A stretch of DNA of 64,000 nt, from assembly GCA_001949185.1 (NCBI GenBank), contig BDGG01000002.1, positions 961,481 through 1,025,480 on the forward strand. The letters are read 5' to 3'. The stretch's first letter is position 1. Each line of letters starts with the position of its first letter. Source of the stretch: Ramazzottius varieornatus. Lineage: Eukaryota > Animalia > Tardigrada. Below, piece after piece: positions 36,800-49,981 of this stretch. Made by a program: the position numbers and the translations under genes. The notes below the pieces were generated by a model. That model saw only the letters and a program-made list of their open reading frames with translations. It made no database searches and had not been told where the DNA came from.

Positions 36800-38830
36800 G
36801 CTGCCATGTGGCGAGGGCTGGTAAACGGGATCCGGGGACCTGTATAAATCAACTGAGCAAGCGACCAGCAGAAGCGGTGTTGCAGCTCGTATCTCATCGC
36901 GGACAGAGTATGGCGGGTAGCGTGTCCGACATCGGAACTTTAGCCGACTTGACCAGGTGACGAGGTTAGAGCTGCAAACTAATGTGGCGCCACTCTCGGT
37001 CATAATGAGCTTGGCGCCGTCTTACCGGGTACACCATATCATGCCCATAAGTTCTGAACGAACAGTATCGCAACAAGCGCACGCACGCGCTGGTTGAAGA
37101 ATAAAGCTGCTGATGTACAAAATGGGTACGATCGCTCAGACAAATAGAATTCTGGATATGCTTTTCGCATTGAGGCATTCAGACAGCTGAATCTTTTCCA
37201 TAAAAACGACCGACGCCCAACTTTTCCTATTCTTCGGAGCTGTGAAGATAGGTTCGTCGGAGTGCCCGGACACCGGACACCAGAGATGAGACTTCTTCTG
37301 GATTGCATTTTGGTTCACTTCATGATAATGGTTAAGGTACAGGCGCGAAAACAGATATGGACCAGTACAAATTATGGGACAGGCGGGAAAGCCGGCAAAT
37401 TGAGGATTCGACTGTCAAGGGAGTCGAAAGTAGTGTCAATGTGAATAAGTCACGTACATACGTGATTCCGTACCGCCATAGGGAGAAGGCCCGGTCCGTA
37501 ATTTTTACTGGACCATGATTTCTGTTCGTGCGTGTACTTAGAGTTTTCGGGTTCTGATGTGCATATGTGTGTGCCGGTGTTAGACTGCCTAAACAGGTCT
37601 GTACACGTGTAGAGTAGTACATTATGTATAGTAATACACTCTAGTTTAATAACCTCATCAACTTTTTAACGCACAGGCGAAGTTCTACCAGCTGAAGTAG
37701 AGTAGAGAACCGCTCAATTTTTCCTTCGGAAACCAGAATTTCAAAAAATGTTCTTGTCCACGCTGGACTGTGCGGAATAATTTTTGGCAATCTCAAGGCG
37801 AAAGCGGGCGGTCCACCCATCCAATGTGATGCAGCCACCTCGGTTCAGAAGGATATCTTTTACTCTGGGCCCGTCCTTTTCCCGCAGTGAACCTATCTTC
37901 ACAGCTCCGAACGTGACTGCTAACAAACAGTCTTGGCCGTGGGCATGAGATCCTTCGCTTCCAGAACACCTTTGTGTCTCTTTGCTACGTAGATATCAGC
38001 ATTGATTACTTTCTGAAATCCTTTTCCTTCACTTTCCCGATAAACTCTTGAGTCCATCGCACAATACCTGTATATAACACGTATTACGCCTGATTACGAT
38101 GGTTATTTAACTCTGAATTCAGACTTACTGAGCGAGAGCATCCGAAACGATCTTCTGGTTTTGCTTGGATATCCCATTGACGTTTCTGACATAGCGATCC
38201 ATTGGACCGCCGCTTTTCCCTTTGCAACTCACCACATGGTTTGCCAACGCCGTCGTTCCAGAGTTTACTTTATGAGAGTAGACATGATGACATTTATTGC
38301 AGGACACGAAGTCGAGTTCTTTTTTAGTGTCGCTTGTCACAACCTTGGAAAACGCTCGCCAGATCTCACTTCTTCCACCTTCATTCGCATTTCGGTCGTA
38401 AACACCATCTCTGATACCTTTCGCCACCTCTTCTCTGGTCAGCTCAGTGCTGCGGATTGCATGCTTTACGGCTTTGGTTTTTCTGTCACACTGTGTTTCT
38501 TTCTCTTCTGCGGAATTCCGGCACTTGTGAGATCGATCTCCTCCTCTTCGGCAATGTCTTCCATCTCATCGTCTGACCTGAAAGTACAATAAATCTGTGT
38601 CAGTCAAGATCATGTGCAATAATGAGAACCAAACAGAATTCGGGAAGGAAAACATGAATTCGCGAATTTAAGGAATACAATGCCGAAATTGCGTTTATAG
38701 CATTCAACTCATGGATGTTACAGTACACCGCCCGCTTCCGCGTGGACCCGCCGCGCGATCCAATTCCCTACTCTAAGCTGAAGCGAGCTGGTAGCGAGCT
38801 GACCAGCTTGCTGCCGACCGGCATCTTTAT
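36800..38830 (-). mobile_element. Degenerate hAT transposon (BED zinc finger plus catalytic-domain fragments)
   Basis: ORF 38125-38427 SEIWRAF...VSCNKCHHVY...SGTTALANHVVSC is a BED finger. GCITLDGWT (~37830) carries the first catalytic Asp motif. Many frameshifts, and a MITE is inserted at ~37337-37535. Boundaries approximate. Confidence 0.8.
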
Positions 38831-39269
38831 TTTTCTTCTGCCTTTACCCCAACATATGCCCCTGTTAGAATGCCGCCTGAATGACATAGTAACTGAGTAT
38901 GATTGATGTAGCTTGAGTTCTCAGTGGTGCCCTCTCGCTTACACATCCGCGGCCAGAAATTTGTAGTAATAGTACTCGTATGCAACAAGGAAGTAAGTAA
39001 CTGCCTTCAGGTAATATCGTGGAGAAGTTCATGGTTGGTTGATTTACAGTATTTTTTTGACTTTTTCTTCAGAATTACATACCTGCTTCGTCGCGTAAAG
39101 GCCTTCTGCATGACGATGTTTGTACCTGAGTCCGATTTTTCGCTCGTTTCCCCTCCGTACAAACTATACGCTAATGACACCACTTGACTGACTTGGGTCA
39201 ATCGAAGGAAGTTATCGACCGCAGAAGGCATTTCGCCGAGTTCGGGACGGTCAGTCAGCCACTTGATCA

Positions 39270-42200
39270 GAAGTTAATAATAGCTTTACTCGCGTATGAT
39301 CGCCAGCAAAATAGCTCAGCCTTAGACACAAGTCAAAAAATGTAGCAAGAGAGCCAGAGGAAAAGTACAAACGTATAAAACACAACTACTTCAAACAATC
39401 ATCAATGTTCTTCACAAACCAAGAGAAGTTTCTCAGATCAAGACGGTGGAGGATAGACTTGAATGCAGGCAGAATTTTTCCAGCTCGCAGACGGTAGACG
39501 AAAGTATTTGTCTTTGACTACAGTAATTCACCGGCAACGTAGGCACTGTCAGAAGCTACTTTCAGAAGGTCTAGTTCTTTGATTCTTGATGATGGCACGA
39601 CCCGAACTCTGTCTTGCAGAGCTTTCGTGGCATCCTGACGTCCTGTGACCCGGACCGGAGGATGCCGTGACGTGGTGGCAGCGGCTAGCAGAAGTTGACC
39701 ATCGGGGAAACCGTTCGTCCAGATCTTGAAGGCATTCACCATCACCGCGTTTGCGCTTCTCTCCCACAGGCACTCCCACTGAACTTCGGCCAGATGTTGA
39801 CGATACTGACTGAAATTGGTGTCATGTTGGCCTTTCGGGAGTGTGCTCAAGCGGAGGCTCTTGAGAAAGTCTTTCTGGACTTGTTCAAGCTGCTTCTGGG
39901 GCTTGTGGTTCGCAGGGTTCCACACCGGGCAGGCATATTCAGCGTCGACGCGAACTAGGCTTGTGTACAGCATCTGCTTGGCAGCACCAAACTGCGCCGG
40001 GAAGTACGAGCGGATGCGGTGGAGGCGTTTCCGGTACTTTCCTGTCACTGCATCAACCTGCGCAGTCCAGTTCAGCTTTCTGTCAAGACCCACGCCCAAG
40101 TATGTTGACTGGCTCTCTATCGGAATCTTCTGGCCGCGAATGGAGTAGGTGCCATGAGGGAGTGGCACACTTCCGGATCTTTTGAAGGATAGGCGAATGT
40201 GCGGCTCAGCCCGACTACTGCACAGTTCTCTCCCAATTGATCCAGGCATTCTTGAAAACCTTGACAGTCTTCCGCCTTTCCAACCACATGGTTTGCTACC
40301 AATTCATCAGCATACCGGAAAAGTTCACACTTGACCGAGTCGGAGAACTTGTTCACTGCTACAATGAGAAACAGGGGGCCAAGAACAGAACCTTGCGCAA
40401 CACCTGACCGGACCTCACTGTAGTAGCCTCCAATGGTTACTCGTTGGGTTGTTCTCGTAGGTATTGAGAAGCAGCTGCAGCAGGTCGCCGCTGATGCCAT
40501 GGTCTTGCAGGCTTCGGACCAGCACTTCGTGAGGGACTCGGTCGAACGCCTTGGTGCAGTCCCTTGGACCTCTGAACGCCTGGAGGAAGACCGCACCGAC
40601 CTCTTTCGTCTCGGGCAACGCTTGGGACCACTGATGGACCATCTGCATTAGCTGCGCTTCTGTCGACCTCTTCGCTTTGAAACCAAACTGCTTTGTGGTC
40701 AACAAACGGTTCCCTTTCAGAAAGCTCAGAATTTTCTCAACCAAAGTTTCTCAGGAAGTCAGGACAGAGGAGGTAAAAGCTAGACTGGTCTCCAGGTGGC
40801 GCCACCTTTCTTCGGCACAGGAACGACATCGGACTTCTTCCCGGCAGTGGGATACTGTTTGGTGGAAAGGATAAGGTGGAAGAGGCGAGTGAGGAGACAC
40901 ATCAGGGCTGAACCAGCTGCTTTCATCAAAGAATTCGTGAGGAGTGATAAACCTGCGGCTTTCTATATAGGCATTCTCTTCGGAATATTCCACACTTCCG
41001 GTCCGGATACCTCCACCGTTGGCAGCCAATCTTTGCATCTTGTTACGGTTGATTGAACCTCGTTGATAGGCTGGCAGTGTGTCCCCGCACTGGGCGTATT
41101 CTTTCAGGAAGACAGTGGCGATGTGGTCTGCTTTATCCTTTGTGTGGACAAGGCATTTCACCTTACCGCCAGGTAGAGGGATGGGTGGTAGGCCATCGGA
41201 CGATCGCTTGACATGTTTTCACAGCGCATCAGGGCATCTTCTCGACAGGGTGGCGATGCTACGTAGTTTCCTTGTCTCGGTTACCTTCAAGAGCCTTTTG
41301 GTTTCCCTTGCACGTTGTACCCAGCAGTTGTAGTCCGCCCAATCTTTCGTCTTGTTCCATATCCGGAAAGCCGCGTCACGTCTCTTAAGGCTGTCAATAA
41401 CCTGTGGGGAGAGTGATGGTCGGTTCAGACTTCCACCAGCTTGGCTTCGAAATTGACGGCAGACACCTCCGAGTTGCACTGGGTAATGAAGAAAGGTTTC
41501 CAGTTGTAACTAGCCACATCGCTTCCGAAAACATGCTGACTTCCAGTCTCAAATACCCACACTGGCTTCGATGGAGCTGGATATCTGACAGTCCACATCC
41601 TCACCGAGCACTGTAGTGCCAGATGGTCGTTGGACAAAGTCAGCTTCGGGAGAATGTTGACTTGACCCACCAGGCTGATTCGTGTGACGAAAAGGAGGTC
41701 CAGGCACGACGTAAGTTCCCTAGTGAACCCGCGCACTCTTTGGAACAGCCCGAACTCTTTCGTGACGGAGATCAGCTCTCTGTACGCGCTTTCTTAGCCG
41801 ACATCTCTTCCCAGTGGATGTTCGGACAATTGAAATCGCCCACGAGGATCAGGTTTCTCCGAAGATATGGTGGAATGCTTTCGAGAGATCGGCTGAACTT
41901 CGCGAACACCTCTTTATCATATCCAGGGAGCGTACAGGACACCAACTAGCGCGACCATCCTTAGCCCCACGATCTTCAACCACATCAGCTCCAAAACACA
42001 AACACTTCGTACTCGACTGCTCTCAAGGTATGGAGATCTTTCTTAGCAATGATCGCGACATCACCTCCAGTTTCCTTTCGACATCAGGTACGATTTTACT
42101 GTCGATGTTGAACTTCTCCAAATCAGCAATCCAAGAATCCGTAACTCTGTCGTCGGCCCATGTTTCAACGAAGCATCCGATGTGCACTTCGCCTTTCTCT

Positions 42201-42400
42201 GTCCGGGCCTTCAGTTCTTCCTTCTTGCACTTCAATCCGTTCAGATTTGCGTACTGAAGAGTCAAAAGCTTCCCCAGTTCCCCATCAGAGGTCCCTTGGA
42301 CGTTGGTCATTCTGTAAGCAAGGGAGAGATGGTGCACGAATCCATTGAAACGAAGACAGCCAAGTTCGCCTCCTTCGACAGTATCGCACAACCATAGAAC
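39270..42400 (-). mobile_element. Degenerate non-LTR retrotransposon ORF2 (APE endonuclease plus reverse transcriptase; CR1/L2/Jockey-like)
   Basis: LQYANLNGL...GCFVETW, ILVGDFN, DLLFV, SNDH, KQFGFKAKRST..QL, DCTKAFDRVPH, SGVAQGSVLGPLFL, YADE, YLGVGLDRKLNW, LYTSLVR..EYACPVWNP, spread over several frames. Confidence 0.92.
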
Positions 42401-42409
42401 TTTTCGAGG

Positions 42410-43175
42410 GTACTTATGCAGAGATGTGCAGAGCGACATTTTCAAGAAACTAAAGTCAGCAGGGACGAAGCTAAAGACAGCCCGTTCTGCGAAGGACAAG
42501 TCGACGGAAATGATCAATGCGTTCAAGGCATCGAACCGCCTTGACGAATGGAAATCGGGAGATCCAGGAACCTTCACCGAAAAAGAGCAGCTGCTAGTTG
42601 ATCTTGTCAACTGTCTCAAAGAGCATGAAGTGAAGGGTCGAAAGAAGCAGTCTGTCAAGAAGGCGTTGGGAGATGAGAAGCAGTCGCGCAAAGACAAGAA
42701 GATGATGGACGCTGCCTCTTTCAGCAAGCGGAGACGTCGTTCCGCTGGCGTTCGTGAGCTAACTCCTGATCCTCTAGACCGTAAGTACGTTCCAGCTTTA
42801 TGTAAAACCTAGCTGCCATCTCCGAGATGGGTAAGAAATGTTGAACAAAGCGGGACGTGCTTACTGACCTACCCTGGTCAAGTGGTGCTCGGCTTACCCA
42901 GATGAGACGGCGCAAGCTTTGCCCATTTCAACAGGTGCACAGTTTACCCAGGTCAAGTTGCGCACTTAAAAAAATATTGTTTTTCCAGGCGGAAACTCGG
43001 ATGGTGAAGTGATCAACACACCAAAGCGTGAGCTAACCAGCTATAACCGTATGATCAAGACTTTTCTGGACGGTTCCTCACATGTGAAGATGAAAGAGCC
43101 GCAGCTCAAGCACGAAAAGCTGGTAGTCGAGCGTGCCCGTGCCAGGTTTAAACAGAACTTTTTCGAGACTTGGTG
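42410..43175 (+). mobile_element. PIF/Harbinger accessory Myb/SANT-like ORF (3' part; intron 42781-42988)
   Basis: ARSAKDK...FKASNRLDEWKSGDPGTFTEKEQLLVDLV followed by a charged region; convergent with the Harbinger transposase. Probable 5' part KEVIDRRRHFAEFGTVSQ at ~39205-39260, on the other side of the LINE. Confidence 0.6.
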
Positions 43176-43233
43176 AGTGTTTTGAGTTGCTGCGGAATAA
43201 ATTTGAGGTTAATCTGTTCTGCGATCTAATCGT

Positions 43234-44525
43234 TTAATCAAGCTTGGTTTCTAAGTACTGCTCCAAAGATGGAAGTGCTATGCCAACCTTGCCGGCATGA
43301 CCCAGGCAGACTCTAGGGTTGGTCAAAAGCGTATCAACAGTATACAGTGTTCCGACAGGCCGCCAGAGGACTTTCAAACTTTTTGAGTGATCTAGAGAAG
43401 CGAAATGCTGGACTACTTCACCGAAACCCCATTCCACAGCTATCCGTACTCCTGGCATAGCTTCGTTAAAATTTTTTTCTTCTTGCGACAGCTCTGCCGC
43501 ACCTGCACGAAATGGAGCTTCAAGGTATTCGGATATTGGATATGCAGGATCTCCATACAGCCGGCAGATTTTCCCCGTTTCAGCCATCTTGTTCTTAAGT
43601 AGATCGAGCAGTCCGCTTTCAGCCAGCATACCTGAAATTTATAACTTTTAGCTCGACAGAAAAGCTCCTCAGCGTTTTCCTCCAAGTGGCGCACGCTTCA
43701 AGCCAGTAAGACTGATAACGTGCGTCATTCGATCAAACAAAGTCTAAAGGTCTTTTCCCCAAGTGGCGCAGGCTTTTTGGCGTTATCGAAAACTATCGAA
43801 ACAATGCGCCACTTAAGAATTTAGTTTTACTGGATTAACAGTGCGAAATACTCGTCCATCTCTTACCTGAATCGTGGCGCCTGCCAGGCCGCGGTCCGTA
43901 CAGATTCACAACTAATCCATTAGGTGTTATCACGGACTGAAACTTTAAGCCATGGAGGCGGTAGTGCCGCTGTAGATAGTTTTCTGATCAACCTTCGGCC
44001 GGCAGCAGCGACGAAAAGTGCCGTTGACAAAACCCCATACTTCGCGGAGTGGTGCGCCTTTCCGACGGACTGCTTTGCAAAACAGAGAGATGTCCGCTGC
44101 TTTGAGCCAGCACAAATCCATGGAGGTGAGCAGATGCCCGAAGTTAGAATCCACATAACCTACCACCCAACTGAAAGCCATGGACAACTCCAGTTTGCTC
44201 CGGCGATAAATAAGCCTGAGAGTGGTCTATCGGCTTGGATAGGCAAGTCGCCCGAGGAGAATACATATGATATCTGCGCCATCAAACCTTGACTTGTTCT
44301 CCAGACTGATGGCATCAGGTATGCCGAATGCTTCTTTCAAGCGAGAAATGTTTTCTCTCGTGAAGCGAAACCATTCCCAAATGTCCGAATCATCTACTGT
44401 ATAACATCCAGGTAAAACGGAATTCTCAACGGTCTTTTGACCTTCGGCAGAGAGAGCACCATTACAGTATCTTCGTAAGATAAGACTCCAGACATGAGAA
44501 GCAAGCAGGTTGTCTTCCTATCCAT
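43234..44525 (-). mobile_element. PIF/Harbinger (HARBI1-like) DDE transposase pseudogene, intron 43866-43632
   Basis: WFRFTRENI..L...F, RLAYPSR, VWGFVNGT...CRP...Q..IYSG, HGLKFQSVITPNGL..LYGP.PGRRHDS|GML, LYGDPAYP, FNEAMPGVRIAVEWGFG; contains stops and frameshifts. Confidence 0.92.
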
Positions 44526-45277
44526 GATTCAAGAGCATTTGCGGAGGGGCGAGAAAAGAAAGACTGAAAACAAACTCAAATTTATTGTTCAGTCTAACTA
44601 CAGGAGAATTAGTGTGCGTGTTAACTTAACCTACAGCGAAATCTTCGCGTACGATTCCGGTTGCGCTTGTTAGCTACAGTGGGAAAGTGAACCGCAAGTG
44701 GTAACTTAATGTCTGTATTGTATGATACAGAACCGCGGGCTAGTGCTTGCAGTGGTGGGCCTGTCGTTGCAAGAAAACCAATTAAGTTTTCTGATCGGCG
44801 ACGGAGGAATCAAGGAAATGCTAATTTTGATGCGTCCCAACAACGCCGGACTTATCAAATACTTTTTATTGTATTTTGAGGCAGAGCTAACAGATGATAC
44901 CGAGCTGGTGTAAGACCACTTACCGTGTTCAGAAGCTCATGATGGAGATGGCTGATCTTAGACTAGATTTTCAGATGAACGTGGGATTCGACGCTGATGA
45001 GGTAGTACTGATGACCTTATAGCGTGAAGAACAACGTCCCGTTAAGTAAACAATGACAGCAAATTCTCCGAAATATACCTGTTGCTGGTAGTTGTTTCTT
45101 AGATAATGGACTGAAAGGTCCTAGGTTGCGTGCAGCCGACCGATCAGTCCATCTGACCGGGAAAACTACTGGCTGTGCTTTCAACGCTTCTAAACGGCGC
45201 CTGCAGCTCGCAGCTAGCGCCTAATCGCTTTCCGCGCATGATACTTTCCAGTACACGCTCGCTGAGAAATTATAGTA

Positions 45278-45476
45278 CACTCAGGACGAGAAACTATGGT
45301 ACGGTAAAAGTTATGGGGCAGGCCTTATCGCTTCGGCGGTACGGGAGCACGTACGTACGCGACCGATTCACAGTAATATATTTTTTTCGACACTTTTCTA
45401 CAGTCGAATTACCATTTCGCCGTCCTTTCCGCCTGTCCCATAATTTTTACTGTACCATAATTTCTCGTCTTGCGTG
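45278..45476. mobile_element. ~200-bp TA-flanked MITE family; other copies at ~37337-37535, ~45480-45650 and ~49534-49690
   Basis: TIR CAC(T/G)CA(G/A)GACGAGAAA(C/T)TATGGTAC(G/A)GTAAAA with TA flanks; shared core GGTACGGGAGCACGT.CGTACG.GACCGATTCACAGTA. Confidence 0.8.
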
Positions 45477-46262
45477 TACAGTAAAAGTTTTGAGACAGGC
45501 GGACAGGACGGCTGAAGGAAAAATCAAGCGTAAAGAAGCGTGGAAAAGTGCACTGGAGTAAATCAGTCGTCTACGTGCCTGTACGTGCTTGCTATGGCGA
45601 AAAGTCCTGTCGAATAATTTTTACTGTACCGTAATTTCCCATCGTACGTGTACCTCGAACGTGAAGGTATTGCACAGTCGGGCTAACATCTGAGTAATTT
45701 GCGCATCGTAGTACACTGCAGCTATACGTTATGCATAAGCGGTGACGTTGCCCGTTGGGCTTCTGTTCACCCATATCACAGGCGGATACTTAAGTGGACT
45801 AAGTGCCGTAGCGTCATTGGAATCTCGATAATTGAAATTAACCCAATTAGCTGTCGACAGAATCTTCCGCCAGTGGAGGGTAAGTATTACGATGAGCACG
45901 GCTCTTGCCCGCAGTGAGGAAATCGTGCATAATGTATTGTCTATCTGATGAGAACACAGACCACGCATTGTGACGGACATCGTTAATATCTGAGAGCCAG
46001 TAAAGTACTTTTTTACCATTATTAGGCAGACGAACGGCGCTTCTGCTTCAGAAATGGTGTATGATTGATGGATCTTCCTTTTAATTAGGGTGGTACAATG
46101 GTTAAAAGCACAAGAACAAGAGACTCAAATAGGGCATCGATTTTCGTATATATTCAGCAATCCGTCAGAGCTCTTCCAGCTCGTGCAATCAGACAAGTGT
46201 GTACTTGTTTGTACTATGAGCTAGAAGGCATTCGTTGGGACCGGAGAAAGGCATTCGTCAAC

Positions 46263-48224
46263 ATGGAACTTCGTGGGTGGTTTTCCGTGTTCCCAATCTT
46301 TGTCGTCTGCAGGAACTTTTGTGCGGCTTTGGAAGCGGAACTTCCTGAAGACCTCGACGCCGATTCATCAGTACACAGCCGGCAGAAGCGCTCCATATTC
46401 CCATGTAAGTAATTATATCAAACCTTTTCAGAGTCGCACGTGCTCTAAACTGCCTGGCACGAACTGTTTTAATGCTTCAGCCGTTCTATTTTCAGTTCTT
46501 CTGGGTGAGAGTACTTTGGATATTCAGTGCCAAGCCAACGCCATCACTGTCTGCGCACCAAACGGCCCACGCGGATGCCCGCAAGGTTACATCAACATTC
46601 GAACCAATGTGGGCGCCTGCGGATTTTCGACTCTACAGCGATATCTGACTACAGGAGAGATATCCGGTAGGCACTATTACAATGCTTTATCAAGGTGTTC
46701 ACCAGAACTCATGATTTTAGTACAAGCCGCGTCCGCTCCGTCATTTCAGCGGAAAAAAATAACGTGATGCTCCCACTGAGTCGTTTGTTCTGACAGCAAG
46801 AACCCGACAAAAATATGGCATGTGTATCAGCGCACAGTACCAGCTTTCTTTTGCAGGAACCTGCTGCGCCTTCGATCCTAACTCTCTTCCCCCAACCACG
46901 GCAGCCCCGAGTAAGTTCACGCATGATATCACCCAAGGTCACCGAGTCATACCTATTCCGTATCTAAATTGGAAGGTGTTTTACAGCCGTCGCAAACCCG
47001 ATCGTTCTACCACAAATTGTAGCTTATCCTGTGTACGCCCAGTATCCCTATGCTGTCCAGAACGCACAATACAATGCCAATTATGCCTCCTACAAACCGT
47101 CATATGTGCCGCCAAGCTATACTCCTCCTCCTCCTCCCTCTTATGATTCCTACTACCAGACAACAACGTCAGCTCCATATGCTCCATACGCCAGCCCATC
47201 CCCATCATATGCAAACGCTCAATCAAGTTATTCCCCTTCATCTGCCTACCAGCAATCTTCGTACAGTGACACCTACAATCAACTGATGGGCATGGTCAGC
47301 TCTTACAGCCCGGCGCCCGCGCCATTGTCGTACGATACTTACAAGGCTACACCATCCTACTCGTTCCTCACACCTTCTTATAACACCTACAAAGCCCCGT
47401 CGTACACGCCCCCCGCATCAGCTTACCCACCGCCGGCACCGTCTTACGATACTTATCAGGCTCCCGCTTATTCTCCGCCTGCCTTGTACTCTTCCCCCGC
47501 ACCTTCATACGATGCCTATAAAGCTCCAGCTTATACTCCGACTGCACCCTCTTATCCTTCAACCCCGCCACCGTATTCTGCTGCTGCCCCCTCCTATAAC
47601 TCTTACCAAGCTCCTACGTACACCCCTGCCTCACCACCGGCATATCAGCCACCTCCTGCCCCACAGTACCCTACTCCATCACCGCCTTACACAGCACCTG
47701 TCCCGGAGTACCCTAGGCTTGCTCCTCCACAATACTTGGCTCCAACACCGCAATATGCTGCACCTGGGCCACAATACTCGGCTCCAACACCGCAGTACTC
47801 GAAACCAGCTCCTCAATACGCGGCTCCTGGACCGCAGTACCCTCCTTCTTCGCCAACCTATGATGTGCCTCAGCCCGTCGTCTCGCCATACATGCCTGTT
47901 ATATCCAATTACGCGGCACCGGCCTACGATGCAACCAAGAACTACGACAAAAGCTCGTACAAGGTGGCTCCGGTGGCCGACTATTCCACTAAGGAGTCAT
48001 ACGATGACGATCATGAGCATTACACAGGCGGTGCATACTCATCGCGGTCGCTTAAAACACCGGACTTTTTCGACCGCGAGTCCGGCCTTACCTTTGGCTC
48101 CTTGGCTGACATGGTACAGTTTAAGAAAGAAGACGCCGCAGCACGAAAGCTACAAATGAGAAGTTTGAGCAACAGCCCTTCCAAAACACCGCTGGCAAGG
48201 AACCTGGATGTTGGCACTGTGTAG
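46263..48224 (+). CDS. 6-Cys family gene 2: secreted, with a long Pro/Tyr/Ser/Ala-rich tail
   Basis: Exons 46263-46404, 46496-46666, 46857-46910 and 46987-48224. RQKR|SIFPFLLGESTLDIQC...CC; PIVLPQIVAYPVYAQYPY; PSYDTY(K/Q)AP and PQY.AP repeats; C-terminal DRESGLTFGS. Confidence 0.9.
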
Positions 48225-49981
48225 TTAGCTATCCTGCTGTGATAAACTTTCCGAGCGCTGGTCGCAGTATACTGGTAAAAACAGTTCATACAGGGCTTCG
48301 ATTGGTCAGCTATTCTGGAGCTTCTTTATCCAACAATTATCCAATATCCGATCTCCCGTTGACTTTGCGTAACTTTGAGCTCTAACAGTAGGGCAGCTAA
48401 TCCATCGACCTTTGCAGCAAACAGAAAGACTGACTTAGGTAGGCCCGAGGACCCTCTCAGCAGTTAACGGACGTACTAAACGACTATCACGAGGCACAGC
48501 TCGAATTTTTTCACTTTGTTCTGCATGTCTGACAGCTGGAAAAGAGCTCTGCTCATTTGATCCTCCCTGACGCCTCATAGGTAACGCCCGTGGTTAGCGG
48601 ATGAGAGGTATTTCTTAGTACCGCGCGATAGAAGAGAAATGTCCCCGCAATTTTCCTACCCGATCATATCACTAAAACAGAGTAAGAAGTTGAATGGCTA
48701 CAGTCGCATATCGACTAATTTCCTATCGACGCAGAGATCTTTCAAAACGGAGATTAAGCTACCACTACGAGGTAAACGACATAATTCGGGCATAGTGGTT
48801 TTTCACTCGTAATTTGGGCATATTTTTACTCAGCTCCTGCTGCGCGTAATGAACTGATATTGTTTCGTGAGGTAGACTGATCCCTCTCCTGGAGGTTTCA
48901 GTAGGTTTGAGAACAAAAAAGCGTTGTGGATTACGGGAATTTGGCCTGGGACAGACATGGGTCTGTCCGAGGCACAGCTCGTTAAACAGCTTGTTGAAAA
49001 GCCTAATGTTGTATCAACAGGCGTACGACGAGAGATGAATCAAGCGTTGACGTTAATTTTCAAACTTTTCGCATTGCCCGAATTATGTCGTTTACCTCGT
49101 ACCGTTCACTTTGCAACTGTAGCTACGGCTTGTTCCGCCCATTTCATGACGTGTAGCTACAATCGCCTTCCGGAACTCCCTTTATTTTCTGAAGACAGCG
49201 TAATCGGGCTTACGGTTAGGTAGCATTGGGAAGCATGGTGGCTGCCCAAAGTTCTGATCAGCTGCCGCGCTTGTGCGTGACGCTGCAGCTCAGCCCAGCT
49301 ACGGTCGTACTTGCATCCCGCGGTGGTTGCTTAATCTGTGTAGTTAGAGAAACTGACAAATCCACAGCGGTTTGAATCCAAAAGTGCGATCAGTACGTTA
49401 CCGAAGACTGCATTCCTGGTGTAAGAGAACAGGCAATGACAAATCCTACAGAACTGTTATTGCATTTAATTTTAACACCAAAAGTGGTGAATGCGCAAAG
49501 AACCACGCGGCTGTCGGTGGTTTGTTGATACAGTACACGCAGGACGAGAAATTATGGTACAGTGAAAATTATGCTACAGGCCTTTTTGCTACGGTGGTAC
49601 GGGAGCACGTCCGTACGTGACCGATTCACAGTAGCGCACTTTTGGACACTTTTCTACGGTCGAAGTTCCATTTTTCCGTCTTTTCATGGCGTAAAAGCAC
49701 TTATCGCATTTACTAAGCTAGACAATAAAGGAAATTCTCGTGTTTCGTTCTTAAACAGCTCCATTAGGCGAAAAGATTAGCGAGAGATTTACAAAATTTG
49801 AATACATTTCAGCCTTCCGAAAACGCTTTGTTCCACTTTTATTGTTGGGACAAAAGAAAAGTTTGTCTGGTCGCCTCCGGTCTGACTACGAAGGCTCCTT
49901 AAGCTCCACAAAAACTGGGTCAGGTTGTGTATGGCAAAATTTAGTCAATATGACTTTCCCGAATATGACGTAATGTGCAAA

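Noticed and set aside
42023-42727. 234-aa minus-strand ORF as one gene
   Set aside because: A chimera of antisense Myb-ORF sequence and the start of the LINE endonuclease.
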